From assembly GCA_964106645.2 (NCBI GenBank), contig OZ067047.1: 64,000 bases of DNA. One strand, written 5' to 3'. The notes beneath the pieces are model-generated. The model saw nothing but the letters and a program-made list of their open reading frames with translations. It did not search any database and was not told where the DNA came from. Shown in pieces: positions 13,632 to 24,946 of this stretch. A program made the position numbers and the translations under genes. The DNA is from Podarcis pityusensis (lineage: Eukaryota). Each line of letters begins with the position of its first letter. The first letter of the stretch is position 1.

Positions 13632-15753
13632 TTTTTTAAAAAAAATAATAATAATCTTTATTGCTTTTAAAACTTACAAGAAAAGGAAAAAGAAGAAAAT
13701 AGGCGAGAGACAAAGACAAGATAAAGCAGAGAAGAAAAAAGAGAGAGAGAGAGAGAAAAGAAGAAACAATACAATAAACAATGCAAAACACTACCTTAAG
13801 ACACTAAACTAAACAAAACAAAAGAACAACAATTTAAAAACATATACCATACCATTTCATTACTCTATCTTTCATTCCCTTATTTCATCGACCTCCTCTC
13901 ACCTCCCTTTTTGTATTCCACTTCTATTACTTGTTTCAGCAATTCCTTTCCATCTTTCTCTGTTTTTATCATTATGAATATCTTAACATATTTTGTACCT
14001 TATTTTCCATTAATACTGAAATACTTATTTATACCTAACTCCTTATAACATTTCTGCTAAAGCCATAAAGTTTCAATCCAACAATTTTCTAACACTCATT
14101 AAATTTACAATATTTCTATATATAAACTTTAAACTTTCCCAATCTTCTACCACCATCTCTTCTCCTGGTCTCGGATTCTGCCAGTCATTTCCGTCCATTC
14201 CATATAGTTCATCAACCTGGAGATCTTCTGTCCGAGGCTCTTAAATCTTTTCCAAGTCCCTTCTGCAGTTTTTCTTCATATTCTTTGATGCTGAGGGTGC
14301 TGAAGTGCAGGTCTTGGGGGGGCCCCGACCCAACCATGCCCCCATTCCCTCTCGACAGACCAACCAACTCTCCACAGCTAAAACCAGTGTCCATACAATA
14401 TCTCAAATCCTGTTTCAAGGCTCCTCCAGATCCAAAGGACCCCACAACTCCAATCACCTCCTGACCCAGATTCAGGACCCAAAGGTCAGTAAATCTCTGC
14501 ATGAGAGAGTCTATCCAACCTTCCTTCTTCAATCCAAGCAGGGCTCCAATCTTCAAATTCTGACTTTTTCTATATTCATTCATAAAAGGCCTCCACTTAT
14601 AGTCCTCAGTTTGCCTCTGTAAGACTGGGGCTTCCACTTGTGTTAATTTAGGTTTAACAACACCAACATTCTTCTTCGTCTTCTCCCCAGTTTGTCCTGT
14701 CAAGGTAGGTTCCTGTGTCAAATCCTGAACAATTTCTGTATTAATGGTCACTTTTTGTTCCAAATTAATCACTTTTTGTCCCAAGTTCTCAAGTTTGGTA
14801 TTCATAGCGTCCGTCTTCTTGTGGAGCTGTTCCAACGGATAGCTTATCTTACATAATATAGTCACTAAGGCTCCTTCTGTCAACATTCTTAAAGTCCAAG
14901 GTCAGTCTCTATTTCACACAGTTCTTATCTTGCAACTGGAAAAACCCCAGCTCCACTTGTAACAGTTTCAAAAGCTCCCTCTAGAGGGAAACAGTCTCCA
15001 CTTGTATCAATCCTTTCAAACACAATTTAAACTATAAAGTTAGTTTCTTTTCCTACTTTTTAAATGCAGATGAGTACAATGGAAACAATATATTTCTCTT
15101 ATTTAGCTAGCTGTCAAAAAAAAGTCACTCTTTCTGGCAGCCCGTTTCCAGGTTCGGAGCAGTGGTAATTTGGTTTTTCACTCTCTCCTGCAGGCTCACT
15201 AGGTCCAAAATTTTCCCCCTCTTCTCCTGCTTCCAAGGGGGGTTTAATAGTTTTAACCGATGGAGATTTAATCCTTTACAAAAATAAACTTTCCAAGGCT
15301 TTAACTTGCAACTTCTTTGCTTCAGTCTGTTTACAAAAAAGGAAGGCGGACTTCCTGTTTAGAACCTTCCCGTTTCGATGCCAAATTAATGAATTTAAGG
15401 ATCTAATTTTCCGTTCTACTCATGGGTAGTTGTTTAAAATCCAATTGTCCACAGGAAAAAGTCAGCACTCTCCGGCAACAGTGATGCGGCTTCACTCCGT
15501 GGAAGAAGCAGTCAATTCGAAGCACCGCGCCGCTCACCCCACTTCGCTCCGGATCCCCAAATCAGGGTTTCCCTGCGAGTAGGGGAGGCACAAAGGGTGC
15601 CAGCCGAATCCCAAGTTCACAGGCTTCTCCTGCCTGTGATTTCAGTGGGTCTCCGCCTTCGCCGTGGCGGTCAGACCCTAATTTCCGCGGAGCAAATTCC
15701 TCCCGATCGGAGGAATTTCGCCATTGCCTGGAGGCGCCAACCCAGAAGTCCCC
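13632..15753 (-). mobile_element. Full-length non-autonomous L1-derived (HAL1-like) retroelement, copy A, 2122 bp
   Basis: Perfect 17-bp TSD aattttagtgaattctc (13615-13631 and 15754-15770). CpG-rich 5' end GGGACTTCTGGGTTGGCGCC, single ORF, AATAAA at 13657-13662 and short A tail. Confidence 0.88.
14212..14886 (-). CDS. ORF1p-like protein of element copy A, 224 aa, N-terminal coiled coil
   Basis: Intact ATG to TGA; heptad pattern LENLGQK-VINLEQK-V; collinear with ORF 17275-17907. Confidence 0.65.
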   Translation of the reverse strand: MLTEGALVTILCKISYPLEQLHKKTDAMNTKLENLGQKVINLEQKVTINTEIVQDLTQEPTLTGQTGEKTKKNVGVVKPKLTQVEAPVLQRQTEDYKWRPFMNEYRKSQNLKIGALLGLKKEGWIDSLMQRFTDLWVLNLGQEVIGVVGSFGSGGALKQDLRYCMDTGFSCGELVGLSRGNGGMVGSGPPQDLHFSTLSIKEYEEKLQKGLGKDLRASDRRSPG

Positions 15754-16163
15754 AATTTTAGTGAATTCTCATATATGGTTTTGGTTAACAGATACATTGG
15801 AGAAGTAGAGCACACAATTTACACACTTACAATGACTGACAGCAGGTGTGTGAAGTGCCACATAAATCTCATGTGCAGTTACTTTAAACATGCCCAGTTT
15901 ATGGAAGCAAACAAACAAACTATGCAAACTTTTAAGTTACAGCTGCATTCCTCCAAGGACTACAAAAAGGACCAAGAACACGCAAAGGATCTGTTGACAA
16001 GTGCAGTGTTTGCAAGGCGAGAGAATTTAAAGTAAGTGCACAGTGACAGGTAGAAACATCCCAAGATGCTCTGCAACAACCTGAAATAACCAGAACAAAT
16101 ATGCCAAACACAAATAAATACTGATGGTAGTTATTCATAGCAAGTTAATAGGACTAAAGTACT

Positions 16164-16205
16164 CTGGTCACTAGGACATACCAACTGGTCACTAGGACAT
16201 ACCAA
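16164..16205. repeat. Perfect 21-bp tandem duplication
   Basis: ctggtcactaggacataccaa x2. Confidence 0.95.
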
Positions 16206-16216
16206 CTTTCAAGGGG

Positions 16217-16346
16217 NNNNNNNNNNNNNNNNNNNNNNNNNNNNNNNNNNNNNNNNNNNNNNNNNNNNNNNNNNNNNNNNNNNNNNNNNNNNNNNNNNNN
16301 NNNNNNNNNNNNNNNNNNNNNNNNNNNNNNNNNNNNNNNNNNNNNN
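16217..16346. other. Assembly gap (130 N)
   Basis: Run of n. Confidence 1.
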
Positions 16347-16666
16347 GTGGGGTTTTCCCTCATATGAGTACAAAATCTGTACATTACTATTAGTGTCCTG
16401 CTTTACCAGAGGTAGGCAACCTGTTCATCTCCAGATATTGCTGTATGACAGCTATAATTCCTGACCACTGGACCATGCTGGCTGGGGCTAATAGGAGTTG
16501 GGAGTCGAACAGCATCTGCAGGAACACAGGTTCCCCGTCTCTGTTATATAACTACTGATATATTTGGGCTTAATTAACAGTACTTCTTTCTCCACTTATT
16601 TCTTAATAAACAGTGGCTTATTATCAACTTATTGCCAGAGGATCCAGGAATGCTTTACAGAGAGTC

Positions 16667-18832
16667 TTTTCTTTTTTAAAAAATAATATTTATTGAGAAT
16701 TTTAAGATTACAAAGAAACAAAGAAAAAAAAGAAGGAAAAAACAAGTAACATTTAAACAATACGAATCAATAAAAAACAAGATCAAAAAGAGAAAAAAAC
16801 AAAACACATAATACATCAAAATCAAAAAACAAAAATAGACAAAAAAATTTAAAAACAAATCCAATGTTCCCAAATCATTAACTGTCATTACCTTGTTTCA
16901 TCGACCTCCTCATACCTCCCTTTTTTGTATTCTAGTTGTTAATTATCTCAGCAAATCCTTTCCATCTTTCATAATATTCTGTCATTAAATTACCTTAATC
17001 TATTTTAACCTTATCTTACCATAAAAGGCCCTAAAACTTAAAACTTGAATCTTATTTATACCAAATTCTCTTAACCATAACATATTCTTACATAATTCTT
17101 TTTAACATTTCTGCTAAAGCCAAATAATTTCATTCCAACATTTTTCTAATACTCTTTACTTTTACAAAATTTTCCTAAATAAATTGTTTAAAACTTTCTT
17201 CCAATCTTCATCCAACGTTTCTTTCTCCTGGTCTCGGGTTTTGTCAGTCCTTTCTATCCCATCCATCTAGTCCATCAACCTGGTAACCTTATATCCGAGG
17301 CCCTTGGATCTCTTCCATGTCCCATCCGCAGATCTTCTTCATATTTATACCTGTGCTTTACTTTGTCTTCTGCTCCTTTCACTCGGGGAGACTCCAGCTT
17401 GACAATGTTTTTGTCCCTTCTCGACAGATCACCCCCTTTTCCAAAGTCAACACTGAACTCCATATGGTATTTAAAAACATGTTTCAAAGTACCTCCAAAG
17501 TTAAGGGCCCGCACAACCCCGGACGCCTCCCAGCCCAAAGCCAGACTTGAAAGGTCAAAACATCCCTGCATAGGGGGGTCTATCCAGCCCCCCATCTCCA
17601 AACCAAACAGAACTCTGTCTCTCCAAATCTGGCTTTCTCCAGGTTCATTCATCAAGTCCAACAACTCATGTTCCTGCTGGGCCACAGTTCCCTCCATCTC
17701 TGCCTCACTAGGTCCAGCAACAGCCTCCTCCCTCATCTGATCTGTCAAATCACACTCCTGAGTTAACTCCTGAGTGGGTTCTATATAAGTACCCACTGCC
17801 TGTCCAAACTTTCCGATCCCAACAGTCATCAAATCCATCTTCTCATGTAACTGTTCCAATAAAGCACTTGTCTTACAAAAGGCCAACACCAGAGCCTCCG
17901 AATACATTGTTGCTGAAGGTCAGAGTCTGTTCCCACGATCTTAATCTATTGCAGCTGCAAAGCTCCCCAGTTCGAATTTAATAACAGTTTCACAAGCTCC
18001 CTCTAGGGGGAAAAACTTCTATTTGTATCCATCTCTCTCCTTTTTTTTTTTTTAAAGCAAATCTAACAACAAAGTTTCCTTTTTCAGATATTTTGTCAAT
18101 ATTTTGTTCCTTTTAGATGCGAAGGGGAACAATGGAATCAATATGTTTCTCTTCTTTTAACTATCTGTCAAAAACGGTTGTCTATAGTCAATGAAATTCC
18201 CGAAGACGTCTGTCCTGACACCCCGCTCCCAGGTTCAGGACGGTGGAGAATTGCTTTTCTTTACTTGTCTTCTGCAAGTTGAATCAGTCCAGAAAAAGTT
18301 CCCCCCTCTTCTCCTGCTTCCAAGGGAGGTTCAGTAATTTTAAATGATGAAAATTGATCCTTTACAACGATTTTCTAAGCTCTAGCTTGCCGTGTCTTTG
18401 CTTCAATCTATTTACAAAAAGCGGAAGGCAGACTTCCTGTTTAGACCTTCCCGCTTCAGTGCCAAATTTAAAAAAATTTCTTATTTCAATTTTCCGTTCT
18501 ACTCACGGACGGTTATTTAAGCTCCAATTGTCCACAGGAAAAAGTCAGCGCTCTCCGGCAACAGCAATGCGGCTTCACTCCGTGAAAGAAGCAGTCGATT
18601 CAAGGCACCGCGCCACTCACCCCACGTCGCTCCAGAACCCCGAAATCGGGTTTCCCCGCGAGTAGGGGGGGCGCAAAGGTGCCGGCTGAATCCCATGTCC
18701 ACAGGCTTCTCCCGCCTGTGGTTTTTGATGGGTCTCCGCCTCGCCGTGGTGGTTCAGACCCTGTTTTCCACGGAGCGGATTCCTCCCGATCGGACGAAAT
18801 CCGCCATTGCCAGAGGCGCCAACCCGGAAGTC
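16667..18832 (-). mobile_element. Non-autonomous L1-derived (HAL1-like) retroelement, copy B (different subfamily)
   Basis: Collinear with 13632-15753 over its whole length. 5' end GACTTCCGGGTTGGCGCC, AATAAA at 16689-16694, A tail; no clear TSD. Confidence 0.87.
17275..17907 (-). CDS. ORF1p-like protein of element copy B, 210 aa
   Basis: Intact ORF; shares LEQLH, LTQE, MNE, GWID, GVV, LSR, YEE and RASDxRxPG* with the copy A ORF. Confidence 0.65.
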   Translation of the reverse strand: MYSEALVLAFCKTSALLEQLHEKMDLMTVGIGKFGQAVGTYIEPTQELTQECDLTDQMREEAVAGPSEAEMEGTVAQQEHELLDLMNEPGESQIWRDRVLFGLEMGGWIDPPMQGCFDLSSLALGWEASGVVRALNFGGTLKHVFKYHMEFSVDFGKGGDLSRRDKNIVKLESPRVKGAEDKVKHRYKYEEDLRMGHGRDPRASDIRLPG

Positions 18833-19225
18833 ATGCAAAGAAACAGTGTGGATGGTTTAGAATCAGGAGTGGTTAAATATCCATTTCAAAAGCAACATTT
18901 TCTATGTGGAAAAATGTGAAGGCCTCTGTTTTTCTTCGCCCAGGCACAAACCAGACAGAAACAGCAGTAGTTTTATCTTCACTGTAATTACTGTGCCAGC
19001 CGTACAAAAGTAAAGTACTTTACTGAAATAAATGTGGAAATAAACTTCGAAAGTGTGAAACCCCATTGCTACTTCTCATGTTATTTATTCAGCAAAACAG
19101 GAGTATTACAGCAAGAAGTGTTGACTGCGCATAACTATCACTGAAAGATGTCAGTCTGTCAAGCTACTCCCACAAACAATCATTATTGCTATCTTCAGAT
19201 TTGTTGAATTCCCATCCCTCTACAC

Positions 19226-19361
19226 CAGGCATGGCCAAACTTGGTCCTCCAGATGCTCTGGGACTACAACTCCCATCATCCCTAGCTAACAGGACCAGTG
19301 GCCAGGGATGATGGGAACTGTAGTCCCAAAACATCTGGAGGGCCAAGTTTGGTCATGCCTG
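19226..19361. mobile_element. hAT MITE, 136 bp, palindromic
   Basis: TIR caggcatggccaaact / agtttggtcatgcctg; perfect 8-bp TSD ctctacac (19218-19225, 19362-19369). Confidence 0.95.
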
Positions 19362-21355
19362 CTCTACACAATCCTGGAGAAGGTCTTCAGATACCCAGCT
19401 CTAAGGGTCATATAGGGGTTCAAAAGTTACATCCAGAACTTTGAATTGTACCTAGAAACAAAAAGGAATCCAATGATTTTTATTTTTAAACTAAGGATGT
19501 GTCTTCTGATTGACCAGCCTTAGTTAATCATCTAGCTCCAGGTTTCCTGAACCAGATGTAGTTTCCAAGGTATGGTGCCCTCTAGGTGTTTTGGATTACT
19601 ACTCTCATCGGCCCCATCCGGCACAGCTGTCTTGATAGGGTTTGATTGAAGTTGCAGTCCAAACATCTGGACAATACCAGATTTGCAAAGGCAGCAGTAC
19701 TCTAACCTAGATGTTATCTGGGCACAAAGAACTGTGACTAGAGAGAAGTAGGAGCTGGTGCACCAGACTCATATAAGAAACAGTAAAAGGTGTTTTCAGC
19801 TACAGATGCCACCTCAACATAAAGAAAATAAGGGCCAGAGCTAACTGCCAAGCTAATCCATTAGAAAGAATAAAACTGCAACCAGAATGGGAGAAAATAA
19901 CACTTCCACCAGCTACCAACAGCACCATCTATTAAATATAATGTGGTCTGTAAGTTAGCTTGTGTACTATCCATCATGTCTAGAAAATACATTGAAATGA
20001 GAGACCACACTTTACTGAAAGATATATAGAAAATTACATTTTCAAGATTACCCACTCTTTATCTACTACCATGTTCAGATTACTTAAGTGAACAATTCTT
20101 TCCTTTCTGCCCATTAAGAAAGATACTGTGTTTTCCTTTTACCTTCTCGAGATCAAAAGCTTATTTTGCAAAGACTCCGCCACCCCATAGGTCAACGACT
20201 TGCATCATATTTTCATGACAAACACTTATGCAAGACAAATTGCAGACAGGCATGAAAAGGCAAAGCAATAAGCTGGAGTTAGTCCAATCTCATGTTAGCT
20301 ACTTTGACTTTAACACAGTACTACGTGCAACAAAACAATTAAGAGAGGGGGGAAAGAAATACAATTTCAGACTTATTAAAAATGCATAAAGTGCCCACTT
20401 GGAACAGTATAAATTAATGTATCTCCTGCCACACCATTAGTTGCAAGGCTAAGAATGATGCTACTCAGCAGGCTAGTGCTTTAATGAAGAAGCACCTGAA
20501 TTCCAGGGAGGAACACCTGTGGTTGGAAATCAGAAAACACTTGCGATCAAAAAGAGAGCTGCTGAGTAATGTGTTTTCTGGATCTCAGTCCCATGTGTTT
20601 CTAAAGAGGGTACATATAATAACACAGTTTGAAATATTCCAGCGTACGAGAGTAGAGTACTAACAGAACAAAGGAAGAGCGCATATACTTTTAGGTATAT
20701 GCAAAGTAAGGTTAGAGTCATTCACTTCAATAAGCAGAGTTACAGGAAAGTATTTATCATGATTAAGGAGGGGAAAGTTATATAGAAGAGGCGCCAACGA
20801 AACATAGCTCAAATGGAAGGGAGACCCAGTATTCTGAGCATGTGCACAAACATATATGCATGCTTTCTTTCTCTGAACAACTAAGTGTAATGTTCCTGAT
20901 TGGTCCATACCATTTGATTGTTGTTTAAGACAAGACTACAGGTAGACCACCTAGCTCATTCAACTTTTTAGAAAATGAATGTAGCACTCACTGGCTTGGA
21001 TAGTAAGATAAGTAAACACAAGGAAGTTCACAGAAGCGCAGTTTCCTGTCTTCCCTCCTACATCCAACTCTGCCCCCAGAAAAACTCTCTGGAGGATCAG
21101 GGACCCTCCTAAGAAATATGGGAGAGTGTAAAGGGGAGAACCCTACAAAATCAGGCCAAGATCCACCCAATTTTAGGCAATTAACCTTGAATATCCCATC
21201 CCACATTGTTCAGACCTGACTCTTGACCCGCCAGAGGTGTGGCTATGGTGGGGAATGGGGAAAATTTATTTCCTTAAGTTAACTTATATTAGGATCTAAA
21301 CCATTATTTTTAGCCTTCCATACTCTGATCTTTCAGTTCCTCTCAACCAGCTTAC

Positions 21356-21482
21356 CTAATTTTGGCAGGGAATAGGGCACTTTGAAGTAGTCTTCATAAA
21401 ACTCAACTAGTCTCCGAGTAATGTTTAGAGCATAATCCCCAGATCCTCTTCTGATGGCATCAGGTCTTGCATACAATCGGAT
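21356..21482 (-). CDS. TRHDE: Internal coding exon (127 nt, phase 0 in, phase 1 out; equivalent to human exon 3) of thyrotropin-releasing hormone-degrading ectoenzyme (pyroglutamyl peptidase II)
   Basis: Minus strand reads gttttccaatcag|ATC CGA TTG...AAA TTA G|gtaagc, with canonical splice sites. Translation IRLYARPDAIRRGSGDYALNITRRLVEFYEDYFKVPYSLPKL(D) matches the recalled human TRHDE VRLYARPDAIRRGSGDYALHITKRLIEFYEDYFKVPYSLPKLD. Confidence 0.97.
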
Positions 21483-22404
21483 CTGATTGGAAAACAAAAC
21501 AAATGAAATGACTGGTCATTATGTTTTCTGCCATTTTACATGGATTACAAAGTAAAAAGGTCCAAATCTGTTAGGTCTCTCTGTCTCCCTCTGCCCTCCC
21601 CTCCCTCCAAATCCCAATATGAGCAGCATAGATGGCTTTACTGAAATAACAAACTTGCACAATTAAAAATAACAAAGCTGAAAGTGCCACCAATCCAAAA
21701 CTGTAGCTGTATATGGTGCCAAATACACAGATTTTAATACATCTTGCATCAAATATGAATATTCAATGCAATTGCTTACATGTGTTTTCCAGAGATATGA
21801 TGGCACAGTGGATTAGTGTAATGGCTCTTTGCCTACTTTAAATGTAGAGGTGGCTCAGTAGGAAAGGAGTTCATGGCAAGTTAAAGGCACTTTCCATCAA
21901 ACCCTGAACACATTAGCAGGCTGTGTAGGTAATATAATAATTCACCCACCCTTTCTTATACTGGCACTGATGAGCAAAATAAGCCCTCAGAAATAACCAT
22001 TTATAAGCTTATTCATGTACACAAACAATTAGTATTCCTGAAGCCCATCCATGACTGCTCCAGGCCAGTATTTCTATTTTCAAAATGCAGTAAGTATATT
22101 AAAGCTGTTCATACTTCTTACACAATGTAGATGCTGAAGCTGCGTTCAGCATAAAACATTTCAGCTGTCTTCCTGTATGAATCACCAAAATGAAACAGCC
22201 ATTTCTTCATCTAGAGGGTGTGGGTTGCAGCCTTCATTGCTTCTGTAGGCTGTTCCTGTCAGCCAAAGTTTTTCAAAGTGCCTCACAGAGCATATAGAAT
22301 TTGTCAGCCTATAAGCTAATGCACCTCAAACACTGCTGCTATTCACCCCAAAGCAGGGCTATATGACAATCGGTGGCTCAGTTCCCATGTCACTTGAAGC
22401 CTCA

Positions 22405-22778
22405 GTTAAGCATAACCATGGTTTAAAGAAGAACATGTGGAATGTTGGTACTCAGGGTCAAAGCTATTTCCACTTTGTGCCTTCCCCACTTATGCTGTGC
22501 TACTGGGATCTAAGCTATGGTTTGGCTTAGAGTTGTGTCTGAACCCAGGTTCATGGTTTCTCTCTGCTCTCTATCTCCAAACAATCCATGAGCCATAACC
22601 AAGGTTTGTTCTTGGTTTAGTACTCATGGTTTGTTTGTGGGAGTCAAACCTTAAGCCCATGATCAGATTTAACACTGAGCCAAACCATGGATTAGCTCTT
22701 AATAGTGGCAATGGTGATTTTTCTCCCAGCATGCTACATGCTTACCTTTAAAGCATGGTTATTGTGTAAACAAGGCCA
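22405..22778. mobile_element. Old fold-back (whole-element palindrome) non-autonomous DNA transposon; relatives near 4500-4740 and 7140-7550
   Basis: Arms taaccatggtttaaag / ctttaaagcatggtta and ctatggtttggcttag / ctgagccaaaccatgg around a central aaccaagg…cttggtt. Confidence 0.6.
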
Positions 22779-22950
22779 ATATGCAAACCATTAATGTGGT
22801 TGACTGCCAAATGCAACAACAGACCATTCTGGTCTGTTGCACACTCTGCTACCTAAAAATCTACACCAATAGGGATCAGTCTTGAAAGGAGCGCACCACA
22901 AAGCAAATCCAAAATTATGAAGTTGTACCACTTGAGTGTTTGCTATAGTA

Positions 22951-23309
22951 CAGGGAAGACCAACTTCCAAGAGACTGCAATCTACTCACACAATTGAAAA
23001 CTGGCAGTGATCTACCCTTTTTTGGGGGGGGGGGGGGTTCAGGTCAAAGTTGTTGAGTTTTGACCTGAACCCCATTGGGGGGGAGAGAGAGCAGGGGAAA
23101 GGAATAAATGAAAAAAGTATCTCACCAAGAGATCACTAATGAAACAGTCAGCCTAGCAGTGAGAGCTCCTTCTTCCATTCTAGCGGACAGGGTCTAGAGA
23201 GTGGGGTGAGGGGGCGGGGGCTGATGGAGGAGCCAGATATTGACCGCGATCTACCAAAACCTCCTGGGGATTGACCAGTAGATTGTGATTGACCTGTTGG
23301 ACATCCCTG
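22951..23309. mobile_element. hAT non-autonomous element, 359 bp
   Basis: Termini caggga…tccctg; perfect 8-bp TSD ctatagta (22943-22950, 23310-23317). Confidence 0.9.
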
Positions 23310-24614
23310 CTATAGTACATATGCATGCAGCCCTTTCTTCTTCAAAGCACAGGTCTCTACAAAGGCCCCTAGAGTTTAAATGGCTTACACCCATGTAAGT
23401 GGGTATAGGCCTACAGTCTATAGAGGCAAACCCATACAATGTGCATGCCTGAGTAAACATCAAAGGAAGGCCCACAGACTCTCCTGCTGTGACTTGTGGC
23501 ACCCATGGTTTACAACACAATACAATGTTATAGTTAGAACTTCCCTAAAGCAGAGGTCAGTTATGTGCAGAATTGTGTGAAAAAACTGGAGAAAAACTGT
23601 TGGTGAATAGCGGTCATGCCACACTACCCCCTGTGCTTGCTACTGTCTTGCATGTTCTCTTCCAACTTCAAGAAGTCAACAGCATCCATTGGGAGACAAT
23701 GGAATGATATTCAATATGGCTGCCTCCAGTTCCAATCAGTTCAGCTGGCCTTGGTGCCAAAATATTAAAACACCACAATCAGCATCACAGCTACAGAAGT
23801 AACATGGATGCTTGGGATCTTGATGGCTCTCTCACATATTGTGCTTTTGCTATTCAAAGATTATGTTTAGACTGCTATAAAGGAAGTTGGCGTGGCATCC
23901 ATTCTTGTAAAGTAATAAGTTCTAGAAGACAGAAAGAGGTCTTCTCAGCAAGATTTTAGAATCTTTGATAAAAACCAAGTCTCAAAAGCTACATCTCACA
24001 TAAGAAATGGGGGAAATGTGCTGGTCAGTGTTTCCCCACTCCTTACTGTACAGACCAGATGTGCTCAATGTGGAAGCCTCCCAGATGTTGGATGCCCGCT
24101 CCCATCAGCCCTAGTCAGCACGGCTTAATGGTCAGGAATTATGTAAACTGCAGTCCAACACCATCTGGTGGGCAGCACATTGTTTCCCCTTGTTCCACAC
24201 CATGACTAATATCTGACTTGCATCCATTCACATGCAGACAAGTGTCATGACAGGATCATAATCCACATTGCTTTTGGTAAGTGGAAATGACACAATGGGA
24301 AGTGGGGAGACAGAATAATTTCCCCAAAGCTTTTCTTGGGAGTTATGAAATTGTACTTTCCAACAAAAACAAAAACACAGGTCATGGTTAATCTTCACAT
24401 TTATACCGCAGAATCTTAGTAGAGTACCTAATTATTGCCTTTTTCTGAGGAAATGTAAAATAGAAAACACAATTAAGCTAATGATTCATGTAATACAATT
24501 GAGTTTTACTCTGTGGCGAGCCCTTTTTCTACTTTTCAACACTTGAAGCAATGCAGTATATACATGAATTCCATGATCTTATCCATTTTCCTTAGAAAAC
24601 ATTAACCCCCCATG

Positions 24615-24675
24615 TTGTTGGCATCAGTCTGTCTCAAGAGACAATGGAAGAAGAGTGTGTCTTTGGGGGTAAAGA
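24615..24675 (-). mobile_element. RTE LINE 3' tip
   Basis: gttgttggcatcagtctgtctcaagagacaatgg, homologous to the 31540 and 34972 termini. Confidence 0.6.
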
Positions 24676-24911
24676 CACTTTTCCATGTGCTGTAGTGAAT
24701 ACAGTTCTGTGCATGAGTTTAACACATATTTCATTTGTGACACCAACATGCCTGACTGAAAATCACTATAATCCCTGAGCAGTAGGTCCAGATTAACTAC
24801 TCTGCAAATGGGAAGGCTCCTTATGTACAGACTAGGAACAGAGATCCAGCAGAGACTACCTGCTTAAGGAAATGTGAAGATGTTCCTTGTCAACTTAGCA
24901 TTCCCCCCCCC

Positions 24912-24946
<35 letters not shown>

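Larger units (their letters stand above)
1..21355 (-). other. TRHDE: TRHDE intron downstream of the exon (intron 3 equivalent), >21 kb
   Basis: The next exon (AAMENWG/HEICH motifs) was not found in the window. Confidence 0.85.

Noticed and set aside
13632-18832. Interpretation as a segmental tandem duplication or host gene pair
   Set aside because: Copy A has its own TSD and tail, the flanks are not duplicated, and divergence is uneven, so these are independent retrotransposition events.
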